The position numbers and the translations under genes are program-made. Source: a virus. Taken from it: a stretch of DNA of 64,000 nt. Positions within the stretch are counted from its first letter, which is position 1, and every line of letters starts with the position of its first letter. Of this stretch, positions 37,624-48,050 are shown piece after piece. The notes below the pieces were generated by a model. That model searched no databases and had not been told where the DNA came from. It saw only the letters and a program-made list of their open reading frames with translations. Location: the IMG/VR virus record IMGVR_UViG_3300021401_000004, positions 28,961-92,960 of that record. The stretch is one strand, 5' to 3'.

Positions 37624-38009
37624 CCGACAACCTTTCGCCCGTGAGTCAAAGTTACTAAACGGTTTTCTCCGGGCAAGAATTCCTGCCAAGTTTTTGCCCA
37701 CGGACCTCGGAAGGAAATAGCCCAAGCATTGCTCGTCGGCAAGACTTTGTGCATCGTGTCTCGCGACGTATACTTGAGCTGCCCTGCTTTCCAAATCCGT
37801 TTTTTGTACCCGCCTCCCGTCTTAGCCAATTCTTCTACCTGCCCGCTTAACCAGAAGGTCAAGGCATTGAAGGCATGGCTGTGGAAAGCTTCCCGAGTTC
37901 CGCCGAAGTGCAGCAGGACGACTGAAAACAAAGATTTGATTTCAACCAGAAAGTACCCGATTACGGGCGACTCTGGTCCGCCGTCTCGCATTTTCTTGAA
38001 CAGTTTCAT
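37620..38009 (-). CDS. Cupin-like hypothetical protein
   Basis: FHSHAF....G...E and a distal H.V. Confidence 0.5.
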   Translation of the reverse strand: MKLFKKMRDGGPESPVIGYFLVEIKSLFSVVLLHFGGTREAFHSHAFNALTFWLSGQVEELAKTGGGYKKRIWKAGQLKYTSRDTMHKVLPTSNAWAISFRGPWAKTWQEFLPGENRLVTLTHGRKVVG

Positions 38010-38329
38010 CGATTGTCTCCGTCGCCCCTGAGTTTACCGCGCTCGCGCCTAGAAATCAATTTATCAATATTCGCCTGAATGACTTTCGAAGGTTCAAGCC
38101 CGAACTGCTTGCAAATCCGAGCCCAATAGTAAATCGAATCCCCGAGTTCCTTCTTGAGTTCTTCCAAGTTAATATGGTCGTCGCGAATCAGCTTCTTGAG
38201 ATGTTCCACGACTTCGCCCGCTTCTCCGGCAAGCCCTAGGCCCATGATTGCGATTGATTCTTTTTCCGGGCGATTATTGCCTGAAAACCAAAAGCCTTCT
38301 GTCCATTTTCCGTACTCGTCAATCGTCAT
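38006..38329 (-). CDS. MazG-like nucleotide pyrophosphohydrolase
   Basis: GLAGEAGEV..KK..RD..ELGD..N..KL.SR..RG...G.GDNR. Confidence 0.88.
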   Translation of the reverse strand: MTIDEYGKWTEGFWFSGNNRPEKESIAIMGLGLAGEAGEVVEHLKKLIRDDHINLEELKKELGDSIYYWARICKQFGLEPSKVIQANIDKLISRRERGKLRGDGDNR

Positions 38330-38559
38330 TCTATTATCCTCGGAAGCCCGTAACGAACTTCCTTTTCTCGGGCGATTGCCAAATCCTTTATCCGTACAGC
38401 CCGCCCGTCCCTAAGCTTCTTCATTCCTCGATCTAACGCCTGTTTGACCGCCCGTTTCGAGCAACCGATTTCACTCGCTATTTCCTCAATTGACTTCTCG
38501 TGGCGCTGCGTCCACACCGTCTTCCTCCGTCTCCCAGAATCTCGTTGCCATAGTTGCAA
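38326..38559 (-). CDS. sigma70 region-4-like HTH protein (start uncertain)
   Basis: SIEEIA.EIGCS...V.Q...R.MKKLR. Confidence 0.55.
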   Translation of the reverse strand: MQLWQRDSGRRRKTVWTQRHEKSIEEIASEIGCSKRAVKQALDRGMKKLRDGRAVRIKDLAIAREKEVRYGLPRIIE

Positions 38560-38780
38560 GTGCCATAAGTCTAGCAGGGTATCCGTCGCGTGTCAACGTC
38601 TGCTCGAAAGTTTCTTCGGGCAATGGTCTGTACGGCTTCGGGAATCCCCAGCGCCAACCCTCTGGAGGATCGTAGTATTTCATAATATCCTACCCGTAAG
38701 CACGTAAACGATATCAATCAAATGCCAGACGCCCGAGCCTAGCCCGATATGAAGCATTTTTACTTCTACGTATCGGGCTT

Positions 38781-39764
38781 TTAGTCTTTTGAACATAGCT
38801 TTTCGAGCAACTTGGTTTTGAACCCGCCCGCGTAATCCGAATCATCGCGAAACGCCTGAACCACGGCATCCCTACCCTGAAACTTCCTACCGCCCTCGGT
38901 GACGAACCACGCGCCACTCTTAGAAATCACTCCGTTTTCCGTACAGAGATCAACCAAATCGCCTTCTTTGCTGAATCCTCGGTCAAACAATAGATCGACC
39001 TCGCAGTAGTTCGCGGGCGCTGCGATCTTGTTCTTCACGACCTTGATCTTGGTTCGGGCACCGATAACTTGCTCGCCGTCCTTCAGGTTGCCCGTACGAG
39101 AAACTTCGAGTCTCAAACTTGCGTAGAACTTGAGTCCTTTACCTCCCGTCGTAACAGTTGGCGTCCCGTAGAAAACCCCGATCCGGTCGCGCAACTGATT
39201 TACGAAGCACAGACAAGTATTCGTCTTCGATACGCTGCCCGTAAGTTTCCTAAGAGCCTGATTCATCATTCGGGCTTGGAGGGCCATAGAAGCGTCGCCC
39301 ATCTGCCCTTCTAGCTCGGCTTTCGGAACCAAAGCAGCAACGCTATCGACTCCGACGATGCCAACTTCACCCGACCGGACAAGCTCGTCGGCAATCTCCA
39401 GTCCTTCTTCCCCACAACTTGGCTGCGAGATATAAAGATTGTCTACGTCAACTCCAAGTCTTCGGGCGTGGTCGCGGTCGAAGGCGTGTTCGGCGTCGAT
39501 CAAAGCACAATTTTCGCCGAGCTTCTGGGCTTCAGCCATTGTGGACAACAAGATCGTGCTCTTGCCCGTCGCCTCTTGCCCGTACAATTCTACGATTCGG
39601 CCCCGTGGGAATCCGCCTAAGGGATTCGGGCGAATCGCCCGATCAAGACTCAGGATGCCCGTAGAAATAACCTCGGCAGGAATATGCTCAGTATCTCCGA
39701 CTCGCATCAAGGCGTCTTTTCCGAAAAGCTTCTCGATTTTTGTGCGGGCAATTCTGAGGGTCAT
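38781..39764 (-). CDS. recA: RecA recombinase
   Basis: G.PRGRIVELYG....GKST, IDAEHA, VDSVAALVPKAELEG, QAR.M.QALRKL, GG..LKFYAS.RL, KNK. Confidence 0.97.
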   Translation of the reverse strand: MTLRIARTKIEKLFGKDALMRVGDTEHIPAEVISTGILSLDRAIRPNPLGGFPRGRIVELYGQEATGKSTILLSTMAEAQKLGENCALIDAEHAFDRDHARRLGVDVDNLYISQPSCGEEGLEIADELVRSGEVGIVGVDSVAALVPKAELEGQMGDASMALQARMMNQALRKLTGSVSKTNTCLCFVNQLRDRIGVFYGTPTVTTGGKGLKFYASLRLEVSRTGNLKDGEQVIGARTKIKVVKNKIAAPANYCEVDLLFDRGFSKEGDLVDLCTENGVISKSGAWFVTEGGRKFQGRDAVVQAFRDDSDYAGGFKTKLLEKLCSKD

Positions 39765-39767
39765 AGG

Positions 39768-40871
39768 CTACCAGCGGCGATACTTGTCGAGCTTCTCGTA
39801 AAATTTCTTGTCATAGAACGGAATGAACTCAACCTGGAAGCGATTGATCTCGCCCGTGTCTGCTTGGTGGAAGCGGATAATAGTGCCTCCGACGTGAGCC
39901 TGCAACTTCAATTTCCGCATAAACGGGCTTTGATCTTGCGTGCAGCCCGTCTGGACCGTGTGGACTTCGCGAGGATATCCGTGGCTGAGTTTGTGGTAGT
40001 GCCCGACAAGTTGAATGTGCGGTTTCTCCCCGCCTTGGTAGCTTTCGACGAGCTTTTGTTCGGTGTAGCTCGTGGCGTACGCCGAACCCCCGCCCGGATG
40101 AGAAACGCGCATCCACGCTTCGCCCTTCGGGGCTTTGAACTTTACGTCGGCTTCTACGTGCCCGATCCAGACTAAATCCTTTCGGCCAACGTCTTCCGCT
40201 GCGGATTCCAGAAGGCGGCCAATGTTGACGCCCTCGCGGTTGATATACCACCCCTCGTGGTCGTCACCCGTGATGAACTTCGTGGTGATCCCGTCCCTGC
40301 GGGGATAAAACTCTGCATTGTATTCAACCTGCCTGCCCATCCCGCTCGGACCCACGAGATCGAACTTGTTGAAACGGGCTTCGCCCTCGATCATGTTGCC
40401 CGTGTGATACACGGTGTCAATCCCCTCGGCCTCGTAAATATCGTACAAGGCTTCCGCCACATCCAGACGGGCGTACTTGGAATACAAATGAGTGTCGCCC
40501 ATTGCCCCGAACTTATACCACTTCCCCGTCGTCGTAAAATCTGAAGCGTCTACGACAATCTTCCCTCCGGGTTCCAAGGCGTTCTCGATACTAACTTGAT
40601 CTTGAAGCAAGCTGACGTTGTGTCCGGCATCCGCCAATCGAGCAACCGCTGCCTTGATTTCTTTGGGAGCAACCCCGAGCTTGTCGGCAGCGTCGGCGAC
40701 GGTCACTTTCTTGCCGAGCAGCATCTTCTTTACCCGCTCATCCATCTTCACGGGCACGGCTGCTTGGGCTAAATTAGGGTTTGACCCTTGGCAGCCGCAC
40801 GTCTTCTGATCCGCCCGAAACTTCTTGGTCTCCAAGCACGCCGGACACTTCCGTTCAATTGGTTTGGACAT
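39768..40871 (-). CDS. Calcineurin-like metallophosphoesterase with N-terminal HTH
   Basis: GDTH, HTGN..EG, GDDHE, HPGGG, GHYH. Confidence 0.8.
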   Translation of the reverse strand: MSKPIERKCPACLETKKFRADQKTCGCQGSNPNLAQAAVPVKMDERVKKMLLGKKVTVADAADKLGVAPKEIKAAVARLADAGHNVSLLQDQVSIENALEPGGKIVVDASDFTTTGKWYKFGAMGDTHLYSKYARLDVAEALYDIYEAEGIDTVYHTGNMIEGEARFNKFDLVGPSGMGRQVEYNAEFYPRRDGITTKFITGDDHEGWYINREGVNIGRLLESAAEDVGRKDLVWIGHVEADVKFKAPKGEAWMRVSHPGGGSAYATSYTEQKLVESYQGGEKPHIQLVGHYHKLSHGYPREVHTVQTGCTQDQSPFMRKLKLQAHVGGTIIRFHQADTGEINRFQVEFIPFYDKKFYEKLDKYRRW

Positions 40872-40881
40872 GATTCCCTTT

Positions 40882-41577
40882 CTAGAAGTAATGACCCGTA
40901 GCTAACCCGCCGATAAATCCGACGGCCACCCCCGCCTTAAAATATTTCCAGCGAGACTTTCGGGCGACCGCGACTTGCGCCTGACACGCTTTGCTCGCGT
41001 CCGTTAACTGGATGGTGAGGCCCGCAATTTCAGTATTCTGCCCGTTAACAACCCCGCCGAGGCTGGCGATTTGTTTATCTTTGTCCAACGACAATGTAGT
41101 TTCATCCACAAGTTGTTGTTTGATTGCGGGCAACGATTCCAGGTTTGAAACCGTCGCCCGCGCCGCCTCGGGGGAAGCTTGAAGTCCGTTTTCCGTACTT
41201 GAGATTCCTGAAGTTCCGATTAAGAATTCCCAACGGGACGCCAGTTCGGGCAACGAAAGGGCTGCGTCCTGTTTTTGTCGGGCAGCAAGCGTTTGTGAAA
41301 GCTGGAACATTTCGGCGGTCAGCTTCTTGTTATCCGCAGAGACTTGCCCGAGAAGAATTTGGTACTGTTGCTGTGCCTGCCGGTTTTGAACCGCTAGCTT
41401 GTCGGTCTGTTCTTTCTGGGTCTGTAAAGTTTGTTCGGCGGATTTCTCTCGGGCGACCGCCGCATCGTAATCTTTGTTCAGGGCCTTGTTACCGAGCAGG
41501 GCAACGGGAACAACTATAATCAAAGCGATTGCAAGAAATTCGTGAGCTTTGAACCACTTAAGATAGTTATCGAGCAC
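40882..41577 (-). CDS. Membrane-anchored coiled-coil protein (spanin-like)
   Basis: N- and C-terminal hydrophobic segments around a coiled coil. Confidence 0.5.
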   Translation of the reverse strand: MLDNYLKWFKAHEFLAIALIIVVPVALLGNKALNKDYDAAVAREKSAEQTLQTQKEQTDKLAVQNRQAQQQYQILLGQVSADNKKLTAEMFQLSQTLAARQKQDAALSLPELASRWEFLIGTSGISSTENGLQASPEAARATVSNLESLPAIKQQLVDETTLSLDKDKQIASLGGVVNGQNTEIAGLTIQLTDASKACQAQVAVARKSRWKYFKAGVAVGFIGGLATGHYF

Positions 41578-41992
41578 GCTTTTTCCTCTTCGTCTTGATT
41601 GCGGGCAATGGTCCGTTTTCCGAACCGTAGATCATAACTTTCTTGTTCTTGGCCAGTTTCAGAATTCCGAACCGTCTGCCGATTACAAGCGTTGCGGGCG
41701 GCACTTCGAAATAAGTAGCCAACTGCCGAAGAATGTGCGGAGTCAACTCCTTGAAAGCGTTTTCAATGGCCCCCAGCGCCTTGTTGATTCTCCAGTCAAG
41801 CACCCCGCGAACGAGCCCCGTGTCGTGGTTGTGATCCAGACCCCGCCGAGTCGTGCCCAAAAGTAAATCGTATTCCGGGCGCTCCGCCTGAAATCCCTCA
41901 ATCGCCCGGTACTCTTCGAGACTTGTCCGAAAGAACTTCTTTAATCGGGCGTCCTTAGCCGCGTCTCGTTTTTGATCTTCAATCTTGGGCAT
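41567..41992 (-). CDS. Endonuclease VII-like protein
   Basis: LDHNHDTGLVRGVL...IN.ALG.IE; the Zn-binding Cys are absent. Confidence 0.7.
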   Translation of the reverse strand: MPKIEDQKRDAAKDARLKKFFRTSLEEYRAIEGFQAERPEYDLLLGTTRRGLDHNHDTGLVRGVLDWRINKALGAIENAFKELTPHILRQLATYFEVPPATLVIGRRFGILKLAKNKKVMIYGSENGPLPAIKTKRKKRAR

Positions 41993-41996
41993 GATA

Positions 41997-42308
41997 TCAC
42001 TTTTCGGGCGTCAGTGTCAAGTCCGTTTTCTGTACGGGCTTCCAGTCTCCAAACGCCCGATAATGATCTTTTTCCGCTTGTTTCAGATATTTCTCGGCTA
42101 GTTTCAAAGAAGAGAACAAGCGAACGTTAGGTAATTCGTTCCAATAATCTCTAACATCCGCCCAATACTCCCGCCCGCTCCAAAAAGTCGTCTTACGCTC
42201 CTGAATCTTGAATTCATGCCCGTTAGTTAAAATCCGAAACGGAGACTCTTGTTTTGCGTAAAACTTGCAACAATCCCCGCCGTTACAGCCCGGAATAGTC
42301 CAATTCAT
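41997..42308 (-). CDS. Hypothetical protein
   Basis: Coupled ORF. Confidence 0.55.
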   Translation of the reverse strand: MNWTIPGCNGGDCCKFYAKQESPFRILTNGHEFKIQERKTTFWSGREYWADVRDYWNELPNVRLFSSLKLAEKYLKQAEKDHYRAFGDWKPVQKTDLTLTPEK

Positions 42309-42622
42309 TTCTTCCCCGTAGGCAAATTAATAGAAATCCGCAGTTGCCGAAGAACCGAGTCCAGCATGTCGTGCCGATTCGACAGATTGTCGTACTTGCC
42401 CGCAATCCTATCGTACTTGTCCTCGGCGGCCAATAGCGAAGAATTCAGTTTTTCATTTCGGGCTTCTAGACCCGCAATCTGTTCCTTGAGTTCGTTTGTT
42501 ATCTGAACTCCTCGGCGGAAGGCGTCTTGGAGGATCGATAGTTCGGATTCTTTTCGGTCTCGGGATTTATCCAGACTAAGGTTGGCCGCCCGTAAATCCC
42601 GGATGGTTTTCTGATAAAACAT
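42305..42622 (-). CDS. Coiled-coil hypothetical protein
   Basis: GAGGA ribosome-binding site; heptad pattern. Confidence 0.6.
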   Translation of the reverse strand: MFYQKTIRDLRAANLSLDKSRDRKESELSILQDAFRRGVQITNELKEQIAGLEARNEKLNSSLLAAEDKYDRIAGKYDNLSNRHDMLDSVLRQLRISINLPTGKK

Positions 42623-42630
42623 CTTTCCTC

Positions 42631-42939
42631 CTAATTCAACTTATCTGGGGCTTTCATAACGGATTCTATGATCGCCCCTAGCTGCTGGATATTTTCGTCG
42701 GTCATTACTGCGACTGCGGGCCTCTGTAAGACGTTTGCGAGCGTCAGTTTCATGTATTGGCTTTCGGTTTCGGCGACGCCCGCTCGTTTCTCGGCGTCCA
42801 AGGCCGATTGCATGAGTTCTTCTCGGGCAACTTCTAGATACCCGATTGTTTCCCGAAGCCCGCGAATACGGAAAACGTACAGGACGCCCGTGAGAACCCA
42901 GCCGACAGCAAGGAACGCGACTAGCAAGGCAATAGCCAT
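42631..42939 (-). CDS. Membrane-anchored hypothetical protein
   Basis: MAIALLVAFLAVGW TM segment, TGATG-coupled. Confidence 0.55.
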   Translation of the reverse strand: MAIALLVAFLAVGWVLTGVLYVFRIRGLRETIGYLEVAREELMQSALDAEKRAGVAETESQYMKLTLANVLQRPAVAVMTDENIQQLGAIIESVMKAPDKLN

Positions 42940-43397
42940 CAGAAATTTCCTGGCGCAACCTGAAATACTCGCAATCCTCGGGCGCGATACATATCCACGA
43001 CTTGCTGACGGTCTTCGAAGATTCCAGCAATCGGAACCGCGTTCGGGCCAAGACACTCGTCCCTATCCAGCAATATTTGATCAAGCAGTTCAGACTTGAC
43101 GATACTGTCTTCCCGATGGTCGCCTTCTTTTCGCATGTATAAACCTTCGTGAAATATGGCAAACCTACTAAGCCATTTTTCTGTCTGCTCGCGAATCTCA
43201 GCCGAGCGCCCAGTTGACAGTAAAATAGAAGCGCCCGCTCGGTTGAGATTATGCAAAGTCGCGACAACCTCGGGAATAGGAAGATCATTCGAGCAAGCCG
43301 CGTAGAACCCCGTCCAATCCTTCTTCTCGCCCGCGATAAAGTGCAGCCGATGTGACAAGTCCGCCAGCGTTCCGTCAATGTCAAAGATGTAGATCAA
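42939..43397 (-). CDS. HAD-family phosphatase (PNKP phosphatase-like)
   Basis: FDIDGTLAD, STGR, LYMR..GD.R.D..VK, FEDR..VV.M.R..G....QV. Confidence 0.85.
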   Translation of the reverse strand: MIYIFDIDGTLADLSHRLHFIAGEKKDWTGFYAACSNDLPIPEVVATLHNLNRAGASILLSTGRSAEIREQTEKWLSRFAIFHEGLYMRKEGDHREDSIVKSELLDQILLDRDECLGPNAVPIAGIFEDRQQVVDMYRARGLRVFQVAPGNF

Positions 43398-43398
43398 G

Positions 43399-43584
43399 TT
43401 ATCCTTTCGATGCGGGCGAACTCCACGAGCCTTGCCCGCGAATAAATCTTCCTGGAACTTCGGGCACCCGTTCAAGTTCTTCCCCGCATGTCCGGCAGAA
43501 CTGATTTTTAATTGCTTCTGTTACGGCCTGCCGACGCTCGAACCCGACATTACAGCAATCGCAACGATAGCAGTAGATTGGCAC
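43399..43584 (-). CDS. FmdB-like zinc ribbon protein
   Basis: MPIY.YRC..C...FE..C..CG..L.RV. Confidence 0.75.
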   Translation of the reverse strand: MPIYCYRCDCCNVGFERRQAVTEAIKNQFCRTCGEELERVPEVPGRFIRGQGSWSSPASKG

Positions 43585-43587
43585 GGG

Positions 43588-44136
43588 CTATTCTCCTGCT
43601 CCGTCTGCTTGCCCGATAACTGTTGGTTCGGGCGTGTCGGGTTTCAAACTCGCAATTTGTTCGTTCGTAGCGTAGAAACCCATCGTTGGCGGCGAGACTT
43701 CAGGCCACTTAACTGCCGCCACGAAAGACCCGTCTGATAGTTGGCTAGTCTGTTCCACCGCGGTAATCCCCTCCGAATCCGTTTTCTGTACGGGTGTCTC
43801 ATATTCGTTTGGAGGCAAATTAACGCCCGCAGAACTCGGAGCAATGTACTGGTAGCTGAGAAAATCCCGAACACAACTCGGGCTACAGAAATTCGGCGGC
43901 ATTGGTGTATACTGCGGGCTGGTTTCGGGCAAGATTAACGAAAGCCATTGTCGGCCTTCTGCGGGCATCGGTTGCCCGTCAATCAGCGAAACTTCCTGCG
44001 GCAATTCTTGCCCGTGTCGGGAAGCGCATCGCTGGCTGTTGCACTCGATGATAACCGTCTTCTGGATCAGGTCGCCTTCGGTTAGCAGGATATTCTGGCC
44101 GTCTTTTAGCTTTACTAAAACTTCGACTCTTGGCAT
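43588..44136 (-). CDS. Hypothetical protein
   Basis: ORF with FCS..C. Confidence 0.55.
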   Translation of the reverse strand: MPRVEVLVKLKDGQNILLTEGDLIQKTVIIECNSQRCASRHGQELPQEVSLIDGQPMPAEGRQWLSLILPETSPQYTPMPPNFCSPSCVRDFLSYQYIAPSSAGVNLPPNEYETPVQKTDSEGITAVEQTSQLSDGSFVAAVKWPEVSPPTMGFYATNEQIASLKPDTPEPTVIGQADGAGE

Positions 44137-44377
44137 TATTCTTCCTCGGGCGATTCTTTTTCCGTATCGTCGCCATCTTCAATACGACGACGGGTTTCCA
44201 AGGCGGCGAAATAGCATTTTTGAAGATCGGAAAAGTCCATTACGTATCCCGCTGAATCATCGTGCCCGAAACAAACCCCGTCAGTAATATACCCGCATTC
44301 GCTCGGGCCGGGTTCAAACCACATCATATCTTGATCCGAATAGCCCGCAATTTCAAATTTGAATCTTGGATAAGCCA

Positions 44378-44755
44378 TTATTCCAACTCCTTCGTCCATT
44401 GAGGTTTTCGATCCCCGTGAGCTTTCGGGCTATTGAAGTGGCAATCATAGCAGATTCCCACAGAGTTTGTCAAGCTGACTTCGCCGCCGTTGCCTTTCGG
44501 GATTACTTCGTGCATATTCATCCTGCGCCAAAGCGGGCCCGTTTCTGTAATCCGTTTTCCGCACCACTCGCACTTGCCCGAGCACCGCTTCCAGATGCTC
44601 GCACGAATAGCCCCAATTGCATCCTTCTTCGGGCAAGTTTCTAGGGTTCGGGCTTCCATCGCCCGAGACCAATCAGGGCCATGAGTCGAGCGAAACACAC
44701 GGATTATTTTGCCCGCGTCATTTCTTTCAACCCAGCAAGTGTTTCGGGCGTTCAC
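44378..44755 (-). CDS. HNH endonuclease-like protein
   Basis: CEWCG..HE.IP...GG....N....C..CH. Confidence 0.7.
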   Translation of the reverse strand: MNARNTCWVERNDAGKIIRVFRSTHGPDWSRAMEARTLETCPKKDAIGAIRASIWKRCSGKCEWCGKRITETGPLWRRMNMHEVIPKGNGGEVSLTNSVGICYDCHFNSPKAHGDRKPQWTKELE

Positions 44756-44958
44756 TTCTTAGTCTTTGCTTGTCGCAGGCGAACCGTGCGGACCAATTCT
44801 AGTTTACGCTCCTCGATCAGCTTGTAAGTGCCGACATTGACGGGTTCCTTCTCTTCGGAGCCGCTTACAGCGTCTTCGGGCGATAGGTTTGCAGAGTACC
44901 AGCCCCCTTCTTGATCCGGGTGTTCGTTGGTAACAAAAATTTCTTTTGGTAGTGACAT
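44752..44958 (-). CDS. Hypothetical protein
   Basis: AAGGAG ribosome-binding site. Confidence 0.6.
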   Translation of the reverse strand: MSLPKEIFVTNEHPDQEGGWYSANLSPEDAVSGSEEKEPVNVGTYKLIEERKLELVRTVRLRQAKTKK

Positions 44959-44970
44959 ATTTTCTCCTTT

Positions 44971-45615
44971 TTACGCTCCCCAACTTGATAGACATTCGGC
45001 AGCCATAGCTTGCGCTACGAGCTTACGTTCCAACCATTCCGAACAGTTTTCGGGCAACTCGATCTGGTTTTTGGCCGCCTGGATCGCCCGGTCGAACTCG
45101 GCTTTCTCTTCAGGCGTCACGTAAAACCCACTTAAGAACTCGAACCACTTTCCAGATTCGGGCTTCTCATGCAGCGTCTCGGCAATGCTTGCCCGAAATT
45201 CTTCGACTCCGACTTCTGCACTTTCAGCGGCGGCTAACAACTTAAAGGGCGGTTTCTTACCCGTATTCTTCACCAGCGTCGCGAGTGGCTGCGCTTTCGA
45301 AATTCCGATTTCTACGAGCTTTTCTGCGGGCATGTGCGGAAGGAGGTATCGGGCGACCGACTTGCACGAGTACAAAACTGTACGACCTTTTCCGAACTTG
45401 GATTCGCAGTCCTTGATATACTGATCCGAGGATTTCGCCCGTAAAGTCCAAGCCCGCGTATCGTCAATAGCCGTCAGAGCAATCCCTATCTCCACGTAGT
45501 TCCGATGAAGTTTTTCTTGCCCGAGACGAGTTTCATCAAGCAAGGCGTCTACTTTGTCTAGGAGTAGCTCCTGCTTCTTTCGGGCTTCGGGCGACACGGG
45601 TTCAATTTCTTGCAT
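44971..45615 (-). CDS. Hypothetical protein
   Basis: Helical 214-aa ORF. Confidence 0.6.
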   Translation of the reverse strand: MQEIEPVSPEARKKQELLLDKVDALLDETRLGQEKLHRNYVEIGIALTAIDDTRAWTLRAKSSDQYIKDCESKFGKGRTVLYSCKSVARYLLPHMPAEKLVEIGISKAQPLATLVKNTGKKPPFKLLAAAESAEVGVEEFRASIAETLHEKPESGKWFEFLSGFYVTPEEKAEFDRAIQAAKNQIELPENCSEWLERKLVAQAMAAECLSSWGA

Positions 45616-45799
45616 CTGCCATCCTTCGTACCGTTTCGTGGTCGGGCACCGTTTTACCGTCAACCTTGATCCACATATACCCGCGAGGGTCGCTCAAGTC
45701 AAGCATGGTTCCATCCTCGTATCCCCACCAGCTAGAGAAGTAGTTACTATACTGCCCGATAACGGCTTTGATTTCTTCGGGCATTATCCGTTTTACGTA

Positions 45800-45997
45800 C
45801 TAATCAAAGAAAATCTTGGCGATCAGCGCGAACAGCGTGCTAAACAGAAACGGGAGGACAAGAATTTTAAGGAAGTGATCCAAAATTCCCGTATCGCCCG
45901 AAATTATCAAATTGCTCAAGGCTACTATGCAAATGAACAATCCGCCCAACAAAGAAGACCAGAACCATTTATCAATACAATTTTTCATCGCCCGCAA
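45800..45997 (-). CDS. Small membrane protein with own promoter
   Basis: Two TM segments; GGAGG ribosome-binding site; TTGACA-18-TAGGAT upstream. Confidence 0.5.
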   Translation of the reverse strand: MRAMKNCIDKWFWSSLLGGLFICIVALSNLIISGDTGILDHFLKILVLPFLFSTLFALIAKIFFD

Positions 45998-46223
45998 TCC
46001 TCCTACATCCTACCATGCTTTAAGATTCTGTGTCAAGCCCTTGGTTTGCGGGCGACCCAGCAACTCTGGCAATACCCATCTTGGTCGTTGCACGGAGTTC
46101 CGGTATGACTATCCGTTTTCCGTATAATCTGATCAATAAGATTTAGCTCGTGACGGGATGCCTCATCATCGGCTTCATTCAAAAGCCCGAGCCTGTTTCT
46201 GATATACTCTTGAATTCTTTCGA

Positions 46224-47453
46224 TCATTGTTGATCTCCAAATAACTGCGGTTCGTTTAATCGGGCGATTTCCACGAAGGAGGCAATCTCGCCCAAAAATA
46301 GTAAATCAACTTCGGCGTCGCCCGGACCTTTATCTCTGACCTTTACGAGCCGCAGCTTTGTCTGCGGGCTATAATCGTTCTTCCGGTCGTCGGAGTTCGT
46401 CAGCATGTCTCGATGAATCGTAAATACGGCGTCCGAATCGTCTCCAAACGCTACGCTACCACGAACGTCAGTAACATGCAACTGCTTGCCTTTGGCCGTG
46501 GATTCGGCTTTCTTCGGGGCTCCGAGGACGAAGAATTTTAGCCCGTAAAGAACGGCCATAGATTTAACGCGCTGCATCGCGTTTTCCATCGCCTTAACTT
46601 GATCTTGCTCGTTACGGACAAGGTAATGGATATTGTCGAGTACCGCGACTGTTGGGGATAAACGACGGATAGCGGCTTCCATCAAATCAAGCACGGGCGT
46701 GATCGTAGTCAATGCCGCGTTTCGCCCGACATAGTATTTAGCCCCAGCGAGGGCGTGGGCCGCTGATTTCATGTCATCGGGAGTGAGTTCAAGACGATGC
46801 TTTCGCAGAACGTGGGCGGTAACAATTCGGGAAATTTGCTCGATGGTTAGTTCGGCTTGATAATTGAGCACGACTTCCCCGTGTTTGCGGGCGGCTTCCA
46901 GCGTCTCCTGAAGTACGAATGTTGTCTTACCTTGCCCAGTAGAAGTCGCGACTACTCCGATTACTGATCCGGGCGACAGGATCGCCATTCGGTCCACGCT
47001 CGGAATCGAGAAGCGAAAGCGGTTTGGATCGTCCTTAACGTTTTCTTCCGTGCTGTTCATCAGGGATTCTTGCAAGCTGTAAATCCCCGCCATCGGGCGA
47101 ACTTTGGCTTCTTGGGCAAGGGCTTCGATCTTTGTACGGAAAACGGATTCTGATCGCCCGCAAGTTTCTAGAAAGAACTGATTCGCGTCTTTCACGCCTT
47201 CGGGCCATTGAAGCAAGTACGTTCGCTCTTTCATCTCAGCCCAAAGTTTGTTCATTGCCTTCTTGCCCGCATCGTCGTTATCGCCCGCAAGGATTACGGA
47301 TTCGGCTTGAAGTAGGCGATCTTTGTCTTCTGGGGTACATTGGTATTGGGCATTTGGAAGGCTGACAGACTTGAATCCGGCTTGTTCAAATGTCAAGCAG
47401 TCTATTTCACCCTCCACCAGGAACACGGGCTCAAGGAAGTCTATGTTCAACAC
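46224..47453 (-). CDS. Primase-helicase C-terminal part (TOPRIM plus DnaB-like helicase)
   Basis: [19 protein letters not shown]; Walker A TGQGKTT, LDN.H, RGS, KVR. Confidence 0.88.
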   Translation of the reverse strand: MLNIDFLEPVFLVEGEIDCLTFEQAGFKSVSLPNAQYQCTPEDKDRLLQAESVILAGDNDDAGKKAMNKLWAEMKERTYLLQWPEGVKDANQFFLETCGRSESVFRTKIEALAQEAKVRPMAGIYSLQESLMNSTEENVKDDPNRFRFSIPSVDRMAILSPGSVIGVVATSTGQGKTTFVLQETLEAARKHGEVVLNYQAELTIEQISRIVTAHVLRKHRLELTPDDMKSAAHALAGAKYYVGRNAALTTITPVLDLMEAAIRRLSPTVAVLDNIHYLVRNEQDQVKAMENAMQRVKSMAVLYGLKFFVLGAPKKAESTAKGKQLHVTDVRGSVAFGDDSDAVFTIHRDMLTNSDDRKNDYSPQTKLRLVKVRDKGPGDAEVDLLFLGEIASFVEIARLNEPQLFGDQQ

Positions 47454-48049
47454 GATGCCCCACCTTCTAAACCCCGCCGACGCATTTCAGCGATTACTTC
47501 CGCGTCAGAAAAATCAGATATCTTTTTTATCCGCGTGTTCCCGCTTTGTTCGCGGTATGTGGCCCACCGACAATTTTCTGGAGAATACGGGCCGTCGTTG
47601 TCAATCCGTTCCAAGCTATATTTATTGCTCGGGCGTCGGCCCATATCCGAAATGAAATTGATAAACCCCTGCGGAGCCGCGATCCAACGATCACAAACAG
47701 TAATCCCTCGCCCGCCGTAGCTAGAATATTTTCTGTCCTTGGGGTTGAGACATCTTTGCTTCATCTGGCCCCAAATTCTGTATTCAGAAGCAACTTTGCC
47801 GCCGCCGCGACCCGAATAGCCGTGTCTAAAAGATGTTTTTCTTAATTGTTCCCTTTGAAAGCATCGGCAACTCACTACCCTTCCCGAAACTAACGGGCTC
47901 CCCATTACCGTGGTTTCATTACCGCAATCGCATTTGCAGACCCAAAGAATCAAACGGTGCCCTGCGGGAGATACATAATCCTCGGGGGCTCTGGCGACCA
48001 CCCGCAATCTGCCGAATTTCTGTCCGACTAAATTTTTAATTGTGCCCAT
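47447..48049 (-). CDS. HNH-type homing endonuclease inserted in the primase
   Basis: [53 protein letters not shown]. Confidence 0.9.
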   Translation of the reverse strand: MGTIKNLVGQKFGRLRVVARAPEDYVSPAGHRLILWVCKCDCGNETTVMGSPLVSGRVVSCRCFQREQLRKTSFRHGYSGRGGGKVASEYRIWGQMKQRCLNPKDRKYSSYGGRGITVCDRWIAAPQGFINFISDMGRRPSNKYSLERIDNDGPYSPENCRWATYREQSGNTRIKKISDFSDAEVIAEMRRRGLEGGASC

Positions 48050-48050
48050 A

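Noticed and set aside
36785-38329. 2-aminoadenine (Z) genome pathway
   Set aside because: No PurZ-like gene is in the window, and the hydrolases alone are not diagnostic.
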